A DNA stretch of 64,000 nt from Octopus sinensis (GCF_006345805.1 NC_042999.1:124930001-124994000), one strand, 5' to 3'. Positions 41,661 through 54,822 are shown, counted from the stretch's first letter. Program-made: numbers and translations. Notes: a model not told the origin generated them from the sequence alone.

Positions 41661-41850
41661 TTAACAAATATGAATTATAATATAATTTACTTTATTTTGT
41701 AAAAATAAGAAAGAAATAAGACAATTTATTGGTATGGAGATGTTATTTATATATATTATGAAAGAAACAAAGTTGAATATAACCATTTCTTATGAAAGAA
41801 ACAAAGTTGGAATATAACCATTTATATATATTATGCAGATGTTTGAAATA

Positions 41851-42048
41851 CAGTAATCCCTTACCATATTGCAGTTCACCTATTGCACACTCAGTACATC
41901 AGGGATTTTTCTGGCTAATACATGTAAATTTATATTACAGTATCCTCAGTATATCGTAGGTTTCTGTGACTGATAGGTATTTATACTTTTTTAGATTTTA
42001 ATTATTTCTGTAGGAGGTTATGGAACATAACACCTGCAATAGTCAAGG
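41851..42048. mobile_element. Tigger/pogo-like MITE remnant
   Basis: TA-CAGTAATCCCT terminus; right end degraded. Confidence 0.45.
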
Positions 42049-45000
42049 CAAGATATTCTTTTCTACTCTAAGCACAAGGCCCGAAATTTTTAGGGAAGGG
42101 TACTTAATTTATTGACCCCAAAAGGATAAAAGTCGACCTTGGCAGATATATATATATACATACATATATATCATCCTCAAACTCAGAACCATTAAGACAT
42201 ATGAGATAATATTCTGTTTTTACCTAACTTCAATGCCAGGCAACTAGGCTGATTGATACACATTGGCAAGGTTTATAGACAAGCTAGTTTGGTCACAGCT
42301 AAAGGCCTCTCAAAATATTGGGACTTTTTTCGTTCATTACAATTTTAGTATAATTATAAATTTAGTAATTATTTAACCTAAGTAACAACGGTTATCATTA
42401 ACAAATTATTAAATAAAAATGATTATTTTCAAGTCTTACCAACTATATAATATCAAGTGCTACTTGAATAATTTTATTACTGAAACAGAGTTTGATAGAA
42501 TACAATATTGAGAGTTGAATCAGGAGATATAGAGAAAATACAAAGAAAGTCAGAGGAATGGGCAAATAGAAGAAATAAGAATTAGGTATAAATGGAGGAG
42601 AAACAAGAATGACAAGAAGTATTAACCCAGAAGAAAAGGAATGAAAACTATGTTTCTAACTTCCTTCATAAAATGAGTGTAATAGTATGTCATATTAAGA
42701 GGGTTTTTCCAACTATCTATACACTGCTAATCACTAACTAAATTTCTTGGTGAAATGAATATCATAGTATATCATGGATACAGGTCTTACCAACTATATA
42801 ATACCAAGTGCCACTTGAATAATTTTATTACTGAAACACAGAGGAATGGCCAAATAGAAGAAATAAGAATTAGGTATAAATGGAGGAGAAACAAGAATGA
42901 CAAGAAGTATTAACCCAGAAGAAAAGGAATGAAATTTATGCAAGAAATGGAGCTAGAAGATATTGTATAACAAATGATGAGCTGAAGCTAAAACAGAAAG
43001 AATGAGAATTGTTCATCAAGACAGAAGTCAAAATATAAATGATGATGATGATGATAATAATAAGCAAGAATATTTTTCACAGGACAAAATGAGAAAATAA
43101 GCAAAGAGAATAAACAAGATTTTTAGAAATTAATGAAAGGATTATGAAGAAAATGACAGGATAATATTACCAAGTGGGGAGATGTTTATGGGTGACACCA
43201 CAAAATGGCCTGTGGAATTTCCACAGGTACTGCTGGTGTACATAATCCCACAGCACATTTTATTATTCCTATGAATAGTTTTTTTGTTTTTTTTTTCTGG
43301 CAATTGGCAACCTGACAAGCCAACAACTGGTAACCCAACATTCACGCAAATCTACATTTGGCAACTTTCAAGTCTCAACCAACCGCACTTCAGATTAAAG
43401 ATGTTTTTCTGATTAAACAGATTAATTTTTTTTTTTGATAGGAGAGAGAGAAAAATATAAAATATTTGCAGTCCTTACACTATCAGCCAGTGCATTGTTT
43501 GCAAACTCAACAATCTCTTAACTTTGTTCTACAATAATTACAATGCAGCAATTGCCAGTCATGAGGAATATTGACCAACTTAACAGTGACACATAGGATG
43601 TCTCAAGGACAGAAAATACAATAAATGTGGTATTACCAACTCGCTACAGAACTCAAGAAAAAAGATACACCAAGTCAGAATTATGGCAATAATTCATAGC
43701 ATATATAAACAGACTATATACCATTTTTATATACCAGTAATTCTCCTTAATAGGATAACTTTTTTGTTCTTTAACTTGCGACTAATCATTTCAACATTTT
43801 AACTGCTGTGAACAAATATTTTTCTAGATCACCACTCTATCTCTGACTTATTCTATTGGTCCCTTTTGCTGAGCCACTAAGTTTCAGGGATGTTAATACA
43901 CCAACATCGGTTGTCAAGCGATGGTGGGAGGACAAGCACAGACACACAAATACATACACACACACATAAATATATATATGAAGGGCTTCTTTCAGTTTCT
44001 GTCTACCAAATCCACTCACAAGGGTTTGGTCAGCCCAAGGCTATGGTAGAAGACATTTACCCAAGGTGCCATGCAGCCTGCACCTATCAACACAGCTTAA
44101 ATTTTAGAAACACAGAAACAACTACATATACATCCTCATACATGTAAACTTTGAGTTGATTGATCTTATAACAATCTACCATAATTCTATGTTAAATTTT
44201 GTCCCATTTAATGAGTGGTGACAGAAGGGACAATGAATAAGATTTACAGCATTTTTGATTTTGAGAAAAAATATATTTTTTACAAATGTTCACTGCCTTA
44301 CAAAAACTATACCAGCTAAGTAAATGACCTTCTCCAATTGCATTAAAAACATTATAACTTATTCAGAACTCTATTTCAGAAAATTATCTTCATTTTCTTC
44401 AAGCATACAAAAGACAAATTTAGGTGGGGCAAAATAAGTAAGACAAAATAAGATAATCTTGCCTCTTCAATTCTCCAGAATTACATTTGAAAAAAGACCC
44501 ACATACATCAATATCCATACCAGGATATCAGAAATGCAACAAAAATTTTAAATATCTAAGTCGAATTGAAAGTAGATCATGAAAAAGTGGCACATAATAT
44601 GAAATCACCAAAACTCAACATTAAATATTTTCTATAGCTTCTTCACGATCTGCTGGTGTGGCTCTCATCCCGATATATTTACACACCATGCAGTTAAAAA
44701 GAAATTATTGAAATTAGTCAGTACTCATTATTAGACATGATTTTTTGAAAATTGAACATTATCATTAGTGTGGGGAAAAAATTGAGTTGGAATCCAACAG
44801 AAAAAAGAATATGGATAGTTAAACACCAAAAATTATCCAGATATTTTATTAGCAACCACAATTACAATTGGATCAAATTTGAGGAAAAATTTCTGGAAAA
44901 AAAAGTCCCTGTCACCTGACTTATGTTTCAAACTCACTCAACTTCAACATCAACAACTATGCCGATCAACTTTTACTCCCTAAGAAGATGCAACAGTCCA

Positions 45001-45736
45001 AAATAATGATGCAATATTTGCAATGTAATGATTTCAAACACATAGGGAAAAAATGAGAAATCAGAAATTATTCATTTTCCTCCAGCTACCAATTTTGCCC
45101 CATCACCCATTCTTCAACAATGTGCTGTATAATTACTATTGTATTATTTTATCAACATGATTGGAAACGATCTATTTGCTATTTGTATGTATGAAATAAA
45201 AAGAAAAAAAATACAAGCTTGCTTCCAAACCACATGATTCCAGATTCAGACCCACTGAGTGACACCTTGGGCAAGTGATATCTACTATAACCTAAGGCCA
45301 ACCAAAGCCTTGTGAGTGGATTTGGTAGATGGAACCTGAAGGAAACCCATCGAATATTATATATATATACATTCGAGCGAGGTCGTTGCCAGTGCCGCTG
45401 GACTGGCTCCTGTGCAGGTGGCACATAAAAAACACCATTTGAGCATAGTTGTTGCCAGTACTGCCTGACTGGCCCTTGTGTCGGTGACACATAAAAGCAC
45501 CCACTACACTCTCGGAGTGGTTGGCGTTAGGAAGGGCATCCAGCTGTAGAAACTCTGCCAGATCAGATTAGAGCTTGGCGCAGCCATCTTGTTCACCAAT
45601 CCTCAGTCAAATCGTCCAACCCATGTTAGCATGGAAGGCGGACGTTAAACGATGATGATGATATGTATGTATGTACAGCCATCTAAGAATCCATAAATCA
45701 GGAAAAACTGCATTCGTATATTTGTCAGTAGAGTGG

Positions 45737-46757
45737 GTATATTAATCGAAGTATACAGAATTTATATATCCATTCTGACCAATCTTACCAATTAATTTAG
45801 TACTAGGGGTCCATCAGAGTTTTAGGTCCAATTATGTAACCCTGCGCTCTTCAGAAATGGCAGTTATAGAATGATATATGGCGACATATTTACTTCCATA
45901 ACTGCCATCTTGGATCTTTTCGGTTTGAACAGCAGTTTTTAAAAATAATTTCTATGTAACTAAAAAATTTTAAACTTCGTATACTGGTAGAATGTGTTTA
46001 TAAAACATCTTTTTCTCTTGGCTTTCTTGAGAAAATTCTATAGGTTGTAAGATATTTGGTCTTTAATTTCTTGCATTTCGGCAATTTCAACCAATCAATG
46101 ATGTCTATTGAGGTGAAAACGATTTCTGCCGTAACATTTTATGGCGGCGTCATATGAAAATGTCCGTTTTTTATGAGAAAAAAGATACCCTGTGGCCATA
46201 AACTGAGGGGTCACTCGTAAACAGAGCTGGATAACAAAACCGTTCCCTCTTTAGTGTCCACCCATAATTATGACCCTAGTATCGATCTATTGCATTTCAA
46301 TCTGTTTTAGGGTTAGGGGTTGGGTTAGGGTTAAGGTTAGGGATGGGGGGAAGGGTATCCTTTTTTCTTCAGAAATGTAAATAAACCCAATCTGTTTCTT
46401 AAACGAGGGACATTTTCATATTTCATCGCCAGAAAATTTTACGGCAGATAATGTTTTCACCTCAATAGACGTCATTGATTGGTTGACATTACCAAAATTG
46501 AAGAAAATATCTTACAAACTACAGAATTTTCTCAAGAAAGCCAAGAGAAAAAGATGTTTTATAAACACATTCTACCAGTATACGAAGTTACATAGAAATT
46601 ATTTTAAAAAACTGTCGTTCAAACCGAAAAGATCCGCCATCTTTGAAGAGCGCAGTTACATAGTCGGGCCTGGCTTTTTTTAACCTCTAGTGCGAAACTG
46701 ATCAATTAAGATCAACCATAATGGATATATAATATTGTACACTTCGATTAATATATG
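45737..46757. mobile_element. Foldback-like element with long inverted arms and internal TTAGGG tract
   Basis: ~45737-46146 is reverse-complementary (with indels) to ~46427-46757; telomere-like repeats at 46307-46342. Confidence 0.75.
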
Positions 46758-48114
46758 TGTGTGCGTGTGTGTGTCCCACCACAGCTTGACAACAGGTGTT
46801 GGTGTTTACATCCCCGTAACTCAGCGGTTCAGCAAAAAAACTGATAGAATAAGTACAAGGTTTTAAAAAGAATAATTAATAAGTACTAGTATCGATTGGA
46901 TCCACTAAGGATTCTTCAAGGCGGCGCCCCAGCATAGCCACAGTCTAATGACTGAAACAAGTAAAAGATAAACGATAATTTATCATCGTTATTATTCCGA
47001 CGAGCATTTTTTTTTTTTTTTTCATTTCCTTATCTAATTACATGCTACTTTGACAAAGTGAAAGTGGCTCGCTAAATCAAAGTTAATTCAAATCCAAGCG
47101 AATGCAACATAAAGTCAACCCCGTCATGATTTTTAACATGAGTAAAAAACAATTAAAATTAATAAAATTCGCGCTAAAATTTCGTCATTACAATAAATAG
47201 GCAGGTTCATTTCAGTCATACAAAATGCTTTGCTGTATTTCTTCAAGGTTTTTAAGTTCTGAGTTGAAACCTCGCCGAGGTTATCTTTGCCTTTCATCTT
47301 TCTGGGGATCAATAAAATGAAGTACAATCAAATACTGAGATTCATGTATTCCCTAACACCGAATTCCTGGTTGTGTGCCTATGTAAGAAGTTATTTATCG
47401 GCGAAGTGTTGGGCATTAGTAGAACAGTTAAGAGAGTCGAACAAAATGCCTTATGATATTTAGTTACGGCCCTTACGCCCCGAGTTCAACCAGAGGCGAG
47501 ATTACTCTTGCCTTTCAGCCTTCCAGGGTCGATAAAATAAAGTATCAGTCAATAACTAAAATCGAATTAATGGATTATATACACTCCGCCAAAATGTGTG
47601 ATCGTGAGCTAATGTTAGAAATTAAAATCACAAGGATGTAAAGAACTAAAACATGTTGCTTAAAACATACACTAACTCTAAACAAGGATTATTACAGCCT
47701 CTGATCCGTCCCTGTATTCAGTAAACTACAAAATCACACATTTTCAACAATTTAGTGTACCGTTTCCGTAATTTACTTGTACAAACAAAATTATGGGAAG
47801 CTTCAATTATTTATAAACGAAAAGAATAATAAATTGTGATGGTAGAAAACATCAACACAACATTTGTTACTAATTGCGCTGCCACCGTATAGCAACAAGA
47901 AACAAAACCAGTGTATACCGTAGAATAAATAAATGTTTTAAGGAAGAATTAGTCCGTAATGTACTTGCAAAGAACAAACAGGGCGGTCTGTGAAGGTGCC
48001 TTCACCAACAGTAGTAATAACAACCGGATTCATATAAAGAAGCGTGTTACATATTCGCAAATTCACTAAAACGTTTATAGAACAGGAAAAAAAGCAAACA
48101 ATCATAACACTTAC

Positions 48115-48235
48115 CGGATATTTAATAAAAAATACACAATTTTATGTAACTTCACATAATTATTGCACTAGAATGATGGCACTTTAAAGGTTAGTGTCAA
48201 CGAACACTGTTCACTCTCCAGACAACGGTAGAAAT
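48115..48235 (-). promoter_or_regulatory. Putative non-coding first exon / promoter of MIPEP
   Basis: Strong donor CCG|GTAAGT at 48115/48114 inside the zone (~46.7-50.7 kb) where CpGs look visibly retained; start site not determinable. Confidence 0.5.
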
Positions 48236-48269
48236 ATCCCTCCATTCATCCTCTCTTTCTTCTTCTTCT

Positions 48270-48445
48270 CTCTCTCTATTTATCTATTTGTCTGTATTTC
48301 ATTCACTCACTCAGTCTCTGTTTCTCTCTCTCTATTTATCTCTTTGTCTGTATTTCATTCACTCACTCAGTCTCTGTTTCTCTCTCTCTATTTATCTATT
48401 TGTCTGTATTTCATTCACTCACTCAATCTCTGTTTCTCTCTCTCT
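48270..48445. repeat. 56-bp pyrimidine-rich tandem repeat x3
   Basis: atttcattcactcactc recurs at 48296, 48352 and 48408. Confidence 0.85.
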
Positions 48446-48944
48446 CTCACTTTCTTGCAATGCTACCATCACTTGGAAAACACGTGTTTCTCCTGTAATG
48501 TTTACACAAATTTTTCCTTTGATATTACGTTCTCGCCATAAAACCCGAGTCGAGAATTTAGTCTTTTACTAGGCCTACAAGAAATAGCAGCCACATTTCC
48601 CTCAAATCATACCCTATAATTCTACATAATGCACTGTACCTTCGAAAAATAAAATGTGGTTACGAATGTAATACTTTTTGATCATAAATCTGTTTCATGA
48701 AGACTGTCTTCCAAACTGTATTAATATTTAAATTAATTCTTAAAATATACTATAAAACCATCAGTTTAATCGATCTAAATAGTCACAGGCGCCTTCGTTG
48801 GCTCATAAAGCATTATTTTACACATGTAAACAATGTTGGAATCGCCAAAAGTTGCCTATTCCAGAATAAAGTCTTTTACGTTTATAAATTATATTATCAG
48901 GCGGTAATTAACTCGGTTTAATTTATCTCGATTGGCACTTACAA

Positions 48945-49338
48945 AAGGCGGCGAACTGGCAGAATCGTTAGCACGCCGGGCGAAATGCCTAGCGGTATTT
49001 CGTCTGCCATTCCGTTCTGAGTTCAAATTCCGCCGAAGTCGACTTTGCCTTTCAAATTTTGGGGGTCGATAAATTAAGTACCAGTTACGCACTGGGGTCG
49101 ATATAATCGACTTAATACCTTTGTCTGTCCTTGTTTGTCCCCTCTATATTTAGCCCCTTGTGGGTAATAAAGATATAGGTATTTCGCCTGTCATGCTCTG
49201 ATTTCAAATTCCGCCGAGGTCAACTTTGCCTTTCATCCTTTCGGGGTCGATAAATCAAGTACCAGTTGCGTAATGAGGCGATCTAAGCGACTGGCTCCCT
49301 TCCCCAAAATTTCGAGCCTTGCGCCAAGAGTAGAAAAA
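48945..49338 (+). mobile_element. Nin/Deu-domain SINE, well preserved, with duplicated core
   Basis: GGCGGCGARCTGGCAGAATCGTTAG head; CCGAGGTCRACTTTGCCTTTCATCCTTTCGGGGTCGATAAA core present twice. Confidence 0.75.
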
Positions 49339-50240
49339 AAATAGGCACTTAAAAGTAAAATGTCTTATAAAATGATTTTTTTTTTTTCGGCTTTCTCATC
49401 GCTTCTTTTTTGTACCAGCGGTCAAGGTCATTCAATAAATATACATTTCACAAGGTTACCATGAATCATTATTTACTTGTTTTAGGCATTGGAGTACCGC
49501 CATGCTTGAGTACTGCTTTGAAGGGTTTTAGTCGAACGAATTGACTCCAAATTTTTAATCCTGGTACATGTTCACTGAATCTCTAGCTTACGGGGAGGTA
49601 AACAAACTTACACCGGTTGTCAAGGAGATGGGCACAGACATGTATGTATGTAAACGATGGGCTTCCTTCAGTTTCCGTCTACGAAATCCATCCCCTCACA
49701 AGGCTTTGGTCGGCCCGGGGCTATAGTAGAAGATATTTATCCAGTGAGTCATGCAGTGGAACTGAACCCGGAAACATGTGGTTGGGAAACTGCTTGTCAT
49801 GAAGGTACGAGGAAAGAGGTAGGGGAAGGGGAGTAACTATAAATACTGATTTTCAAGTAACATAAAAAAATGAAAATGAAAGAAGAAAAAAACTGAAGCA
49901 AATATTTTTGTTTTGTTTTTTTTTTAATCTTTGCTCTAATATCCATATCATCTCGATGAAGAATTGCTACAGTTGTTTGAACAATGTTTTAATCATAATA
50001 GAAAATTGATTTATCACCTTCTGAACTATTGTACATGATACAAGCTACAATTGGCTGTATTCACCAAACAGGTATAAGAGAAGGAGACACATTTCGTAGG
50101 ATTGGCCGAGGGTGATGTTTACTCTCGTGCAAGTACCATTCTTATGTTGTGTAGGTAATATTTCATAAGCTCTCCAGGGAATTTTGTCACTACCAAGATT
50201 AACTAAATTCTTTTAAAGTATATTTTATATGCGCACCCGG

Positions 50241-50248
50241 TGACGTCA
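50241..50248. promoter_or_regulatory. Full CRE palindrome TGACGTCA
   Basis: Exact motif next to GCGCAC and TATATA in CpG-retaining unique sequence; function unproven. Confidence 0.3.
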
Positions 50249-50900
50249 AATATATACCTATTGAACAGTTATGTTTTATTGTAAGTCTCTGAGTTTGTAA
50301 AGACGGTCAAGGACGTGCAATCTGTACACATTCAGCAGCATGACCAATGTTTTTTCCATATAGTGATTTACGTCTTTCAGGAGAATCAGACATCATAATA
50401 GGATGTATTTTCAGGTCTTTATGAACAAAAATGGATATATTCGGCAAAATTTTAATGTTACACTTAGTCAAATTACAAATGATCGGGAAAAGTGCTGGTG
50501 ATCTTAATACAGATAAAACAAAATAAATTATTTACAAGTTAAAAATATTTTAAACATGAGTGCCAGTTCTGTTTTACCACTCGTAAATCTTGCCAGCCGA
50601 ATAAACAACCGCAGGGAATCAATAATTAATAACGTATTCACAAATACGTTTTCCTCTAGAATACTTAATTCCAGTATTTCATTTCTTTCATTTATGTTCA
50701 CTATACTGAATGAGACTCGAGGGGATTTGTAGTAAATACGCTTATGGGATAATAAATGAAACTACACAAATAAAACTAAAGAAATATTTTGTAAACATTA
50801 AGGATATTTAAAAAGATATGAGTAGTCATCAAATTTGATATACAGTATTTCGTTTTGGGATTTGGTTTGCACGATTCTTTATTTGAGTTCGTGTGTTGAA

Positions 50901-50962
<62 letters not shown>

Positions 50963-51216
50963 CATAGTTTAACGTCCGCTTTCCATGCTAGCATCGGTTG
51001 GATGATTTGACTGAGGACTGGCGAACCAGATGGCTGCACCAGGCTACAGTCTAATCTGGCAGAGTTTCTACAGCTGGATGCCCTTCCTAATGCCAACCAC
51101 TCCGAGAGTGTAGTGGGTGCTTTTACATGCCCACTACACTCTCGGAGTGGCTGGCTTTAGGGAGGACATCCAGCTGTAGAAACACTACCAGATCAGACAG
51201 GAGCCTGGTGCAGTCA

Positions 51217-51261
<45 letters not shown>

Positions 51262-51964
51262 GTATTGCAAATGCATTAAAACTCTTTAGCATTCAGATTG
51301 CTCTTTTAAATGTAATGCTTATTCATTTGCCGTGTTTTGAATTGATCATGCATTATTTCAAAGCTTTGAGATTTCGATAATATGATCATTTATTTTTAAT
51401 ATGATATGGTAGAATAGGTGTTAGAGGCCAGATTAGGCTAGTTTGAACAGAAAACAAGTAGAATATTTTGGCAAGATACAGCAGGTTTAAATACTAATGG
51501 GCTAAACATCTAGAAAAGGCTAAAAGTTCATACTATGAATTATTTTACAGTTTCATTAATAATCTTTGGTTTTATCAATGTAGTTTTATTAGATGATGGC
51601 AGTTTCTTTGAGTCTGAAGATCAAGAGGGAGAGTAGCATACCTTCAAATGGTTATGTAAACCAATTCTTGACACTGCAGGGCTTTTCTTCCTCTCTGCAC
51701 TTAGTAGCTTTAAAGTGAGAATCAGTCTATACAATCCAATCTCACGCTTTAGACTTAGAGGTCTGACCACTCTGACTCAGTAGGCTAACACAGCTGCAGT
51801 GACCAGCAAGCAGTAGGTTTTACATTGAAGTGACCTTCTCCAAGATGAATTGCCTTACAGGGCTTAAGGGCTACATCTACCCTGATGTTGCCAGAAGGAT
51901 ATCAAAGAGAACACCAGACCATCTGAGGAAATTCATAGTCTCATTTAGTTTAGTTATATGCTGC

Positions 51965-52034
51965 TGTCTGGTGGATCAAATATATTCCCAATGTGGCTAA
52001 CACCACATTGGGAATATATTTGATCCATCAGACA
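51965..52034. repeat. 32-bp near-perfect hairpin with 6-nt loop
   Basis: tgtctggtggatcaaatatattcccaatgtgg-ctaaca-ccacattgggaatatatttgatccatcagaca. Confidence 0.9.
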
Positions 52035-52677
52035 AGCAAAAAATTTAGCTTTTATCTCAATAAAATAGAGGAAGTCATTCAAACATTGAAGACTGCAGCT
52101 ATTACCCTTGTCATTTGTTAAATGTAATGTAAATAAGCTTTCACTGACACCAGCATAGAATTAGAGATAGCAACTATAATCAAATTTAAAACAAAAGACA
52201 CTCCACAAATAGATGGTATAAATTGAAAAATAGCTATGGCTACAAAGGCCTGCATGAGGAATCTTCAAAGGCTGGAAAAGACTATCTTTAGGTCCTAGGA
52301 AGGGAACTCCCTATGAAATTGAGGATTTAATTGAGGACCTTAAATCTTGAATTAAGTTTTGCAATTAAGATAATGGTAAAGCATGAAATTTTTAAAGTTG
52401 TAGTTTTTCCTTCTTTGTTCATATTTTATCATAACCACATATTTTTCAAACAGTTTTTGTGTATGATTAATGAAAATGTAAATGAATGTGATAGCTAAAA
52501 TATCTATCAGAATATGAAATGATAAACTATTTTAATGTTTTATTCCTTGTGCACTAGAATGATCAGATAAACCGAATCAGTTAACAAATGAGCTGTTCTT
52601 GTTTCTTTGTTTTTCATTTTTTTTATCTGAAAAATTTCCGATAACCCTATCAAAATCAGTTTCTTTGTCAATATATA

Positions 52678-53096
52678 CTCTCTCTCTTTTGCTCTCTTTT
52701 ACTAGTTTCAGTCATTTGACTGCAGCCATGCTGGAGCACCGCCTTTTAATCGAGCAACTCGACCCCAGGACTTATTCTTTTGTAAGCCCAGTACTTATTC
52801 TATCAGTCTCTTTTGCCGAACCGCTAAGTAACGGGGACATAAACACACCAGCATCGGTTGTCAAGCAATGCTAGGGGACAAACACAGACACACAAACACA
52901 CACACGCATATATATATATATATACATATATACAACGGGCTTCTTTCAGTTTCTGTCTACCAAATCCACTCACAAGGCTTTGGTCGGCCCGAGGCTATAG
53001 TAGAAGACACTTGCCCAAGGTGCCACGCAGTGGGACTGAACCCGGAACCATGTGGTTGGTAAACAAGCTACTTACCACACAGCCACTCCTGCGCCT
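52678..53096 (-). mobile_element. tRNA-derived SINE, full length and young
   Basis: Reverse complement of the 17678 family with CpGs intact. Confidence 0.85.
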
Positions 53097-53129
53097 ATAT
53101 TATTCAATATTCAGTATAACTAGATCAAA

Positions 53130-53255
53130 ATGTCAGGTTTCAGGTATGGTAGACCTGAAGTAGTTGGGCTTCTAAAAGATTATTCTGATGATGCTACTGT
53201 AAATGAAATTGCCAACAATATTCTCAAACAAAAATATTTAGAAATGTTTCAGTTT
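53130..53255 (+). CDS. Candidate first coding exon of an unidentified + strand gene
   Basis: tcag acceptor at 53114, AAAATG start, MSGFRYGRPEVVGLLKDYSDDATVNEIANNILKQKYLEMFQF, GTAATG donor; no homologue recognised. Confidence 0.35.
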
Positions 53256-54578
53256 GTAATGGTCGGGTTCTCATTTTCTAAAATTTGCTTTATATATTCT
53301 TGATGCATTTCTGTTGGAAAATTTTTGTTATTAAAGACAGTAGGATTTATTGTATTAACTTCCACTTTCATTTAACATTCTTCTAGTTTACTTTCAGGTA
53401 TTGTGAGGTATTTTCACAAGAAGCCAAAATTTTCAGCAAACTACTTAAGAGCATTAAAATACAGAGTTAATCCTACAATATCATTATACAAAGCATAAAA
53501 CACAGATTTTCTGACATAAGATGAAACATTAATACTCAAACCAAGCACTTTGAGTTCTTTATTCTAAGTAGCCTAAAAATATTTCTAATATCTCACAGCG
53601 ATAAAATACAAATCACATAAACAGAAAAGAAACATACACACAGTGTATGTTTTGCAATTATGTACAGTTGCTTCATAAATATACTAGGCTTACATACAAA
53701 GTTTATTGCAATATATATATAAGACAAGGAAGAAAATGGAGAAGATAATCAATTGATAAACATCAGCTAGAGTGAATATAACTCTACTCTTACAGCTGTT
53801 TCTACTTTGGGGGTCCATCATGCCAAAACTGTACAAAGACTGTACCAAAGACTGTATAAAAATTGAACAAATATATATGTCTATGTGTCTGTATGTGTGT
53901 GTGTGTGCATATGTATATATATATGTGGAGTATAAAAAAAGAGATTAGCTGGTTATTTCTCAGGGATTGCTTAAGTGATGTAGACACCTCTGATGAGAAA
54001 CCAATAGGGTTCAAAAACCAATTGAAGCTGTTCATCCCTTTTTTCAGTATATACTATTTTACTTGTTTCAGTCATTTGACTGCGGCCATGCTGGAGCACC
54101 GCTTTAAGTCGAGCAACTCGACCCTGGGACTTATTCTTTTGTAAGCCCAGTACTTATTCTATCAGTCTCTTTTGCCGAACCGCTATTATATATATAATAA
54201 CAAATTAATAAATAAAACATATGCATATATACATACATATATGTACATACCTACATCTATATGTATATATATGGGTACAGGACACCAAAACAACGTCGAA
54301 CACAATGAGAAACAAAAACATAAACACAAAACCAAGGAAATGGACATTTTTTTTAAACAACGAAAAAATAGAGTACAAGACATACAACAAGGAAAATTCC
54401 CCTTCTTCAGTCACCTCTGTTTCATCTATTCCGCGTTTCGAAGGTAAAGGCAAGACACGACTTCATTGAAACAGTCCTTCCCACAAAAGCAGATAAAATT
54501 AAATTTGCGATTTTTTTGCGGAGGGGTAAAAATGGTAACAAAAACAGGACAGTAAAGACAGTACAAAATATAAACAGC

Positions 54579-54609
<31 letters not shown>

Positions 54610-54822
54610 TACATAAAAGAAAAATTATTAGTTAGAGGTTATGCAACCGTCTAGGGGATACATGTATCCATGGCCATTACTGATGTATTACCTATGTATA
54701 GTCCTTGCTGTAAGGTTAACAGTAGTTGGTAATTTAAAGGGTAAACCATGGTTTAATATACTCAGATAAGATAAGCAAAGAAATGGAGCAACATGCAACA
54801 ATTATAAGTTGATCATTAGTAT

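Noticed and set aside
49915-50700. Processed pseudogene on the - strand ending in an A-run
   Set aside because: Frames are broken by stops and no protein family is recognisable.
53185-53215. CTGATGA...GAAA motif
   Set aside because: No stem II or stem III pairing, and it lies inside the candidate coding exon.
53376-53498. Peptide HSSSLLSGIVRYFHKKPKF resembling the Rad21/Rec8 N-terminal motif
   Set aside because: Bounded by stops, with no kleisin-like sequence upstream or downstream; probably chance. A tblastn search would settle it.
54390-54475. - strand TCAATGAAG...CTTCGAAACGCGGA and downstream CTGAAGAAGG as a hammerhead
   Set aside because: I could not build a consistent fold with an NUH cleavage triplet in any permutation; at best a degenerate remnant.
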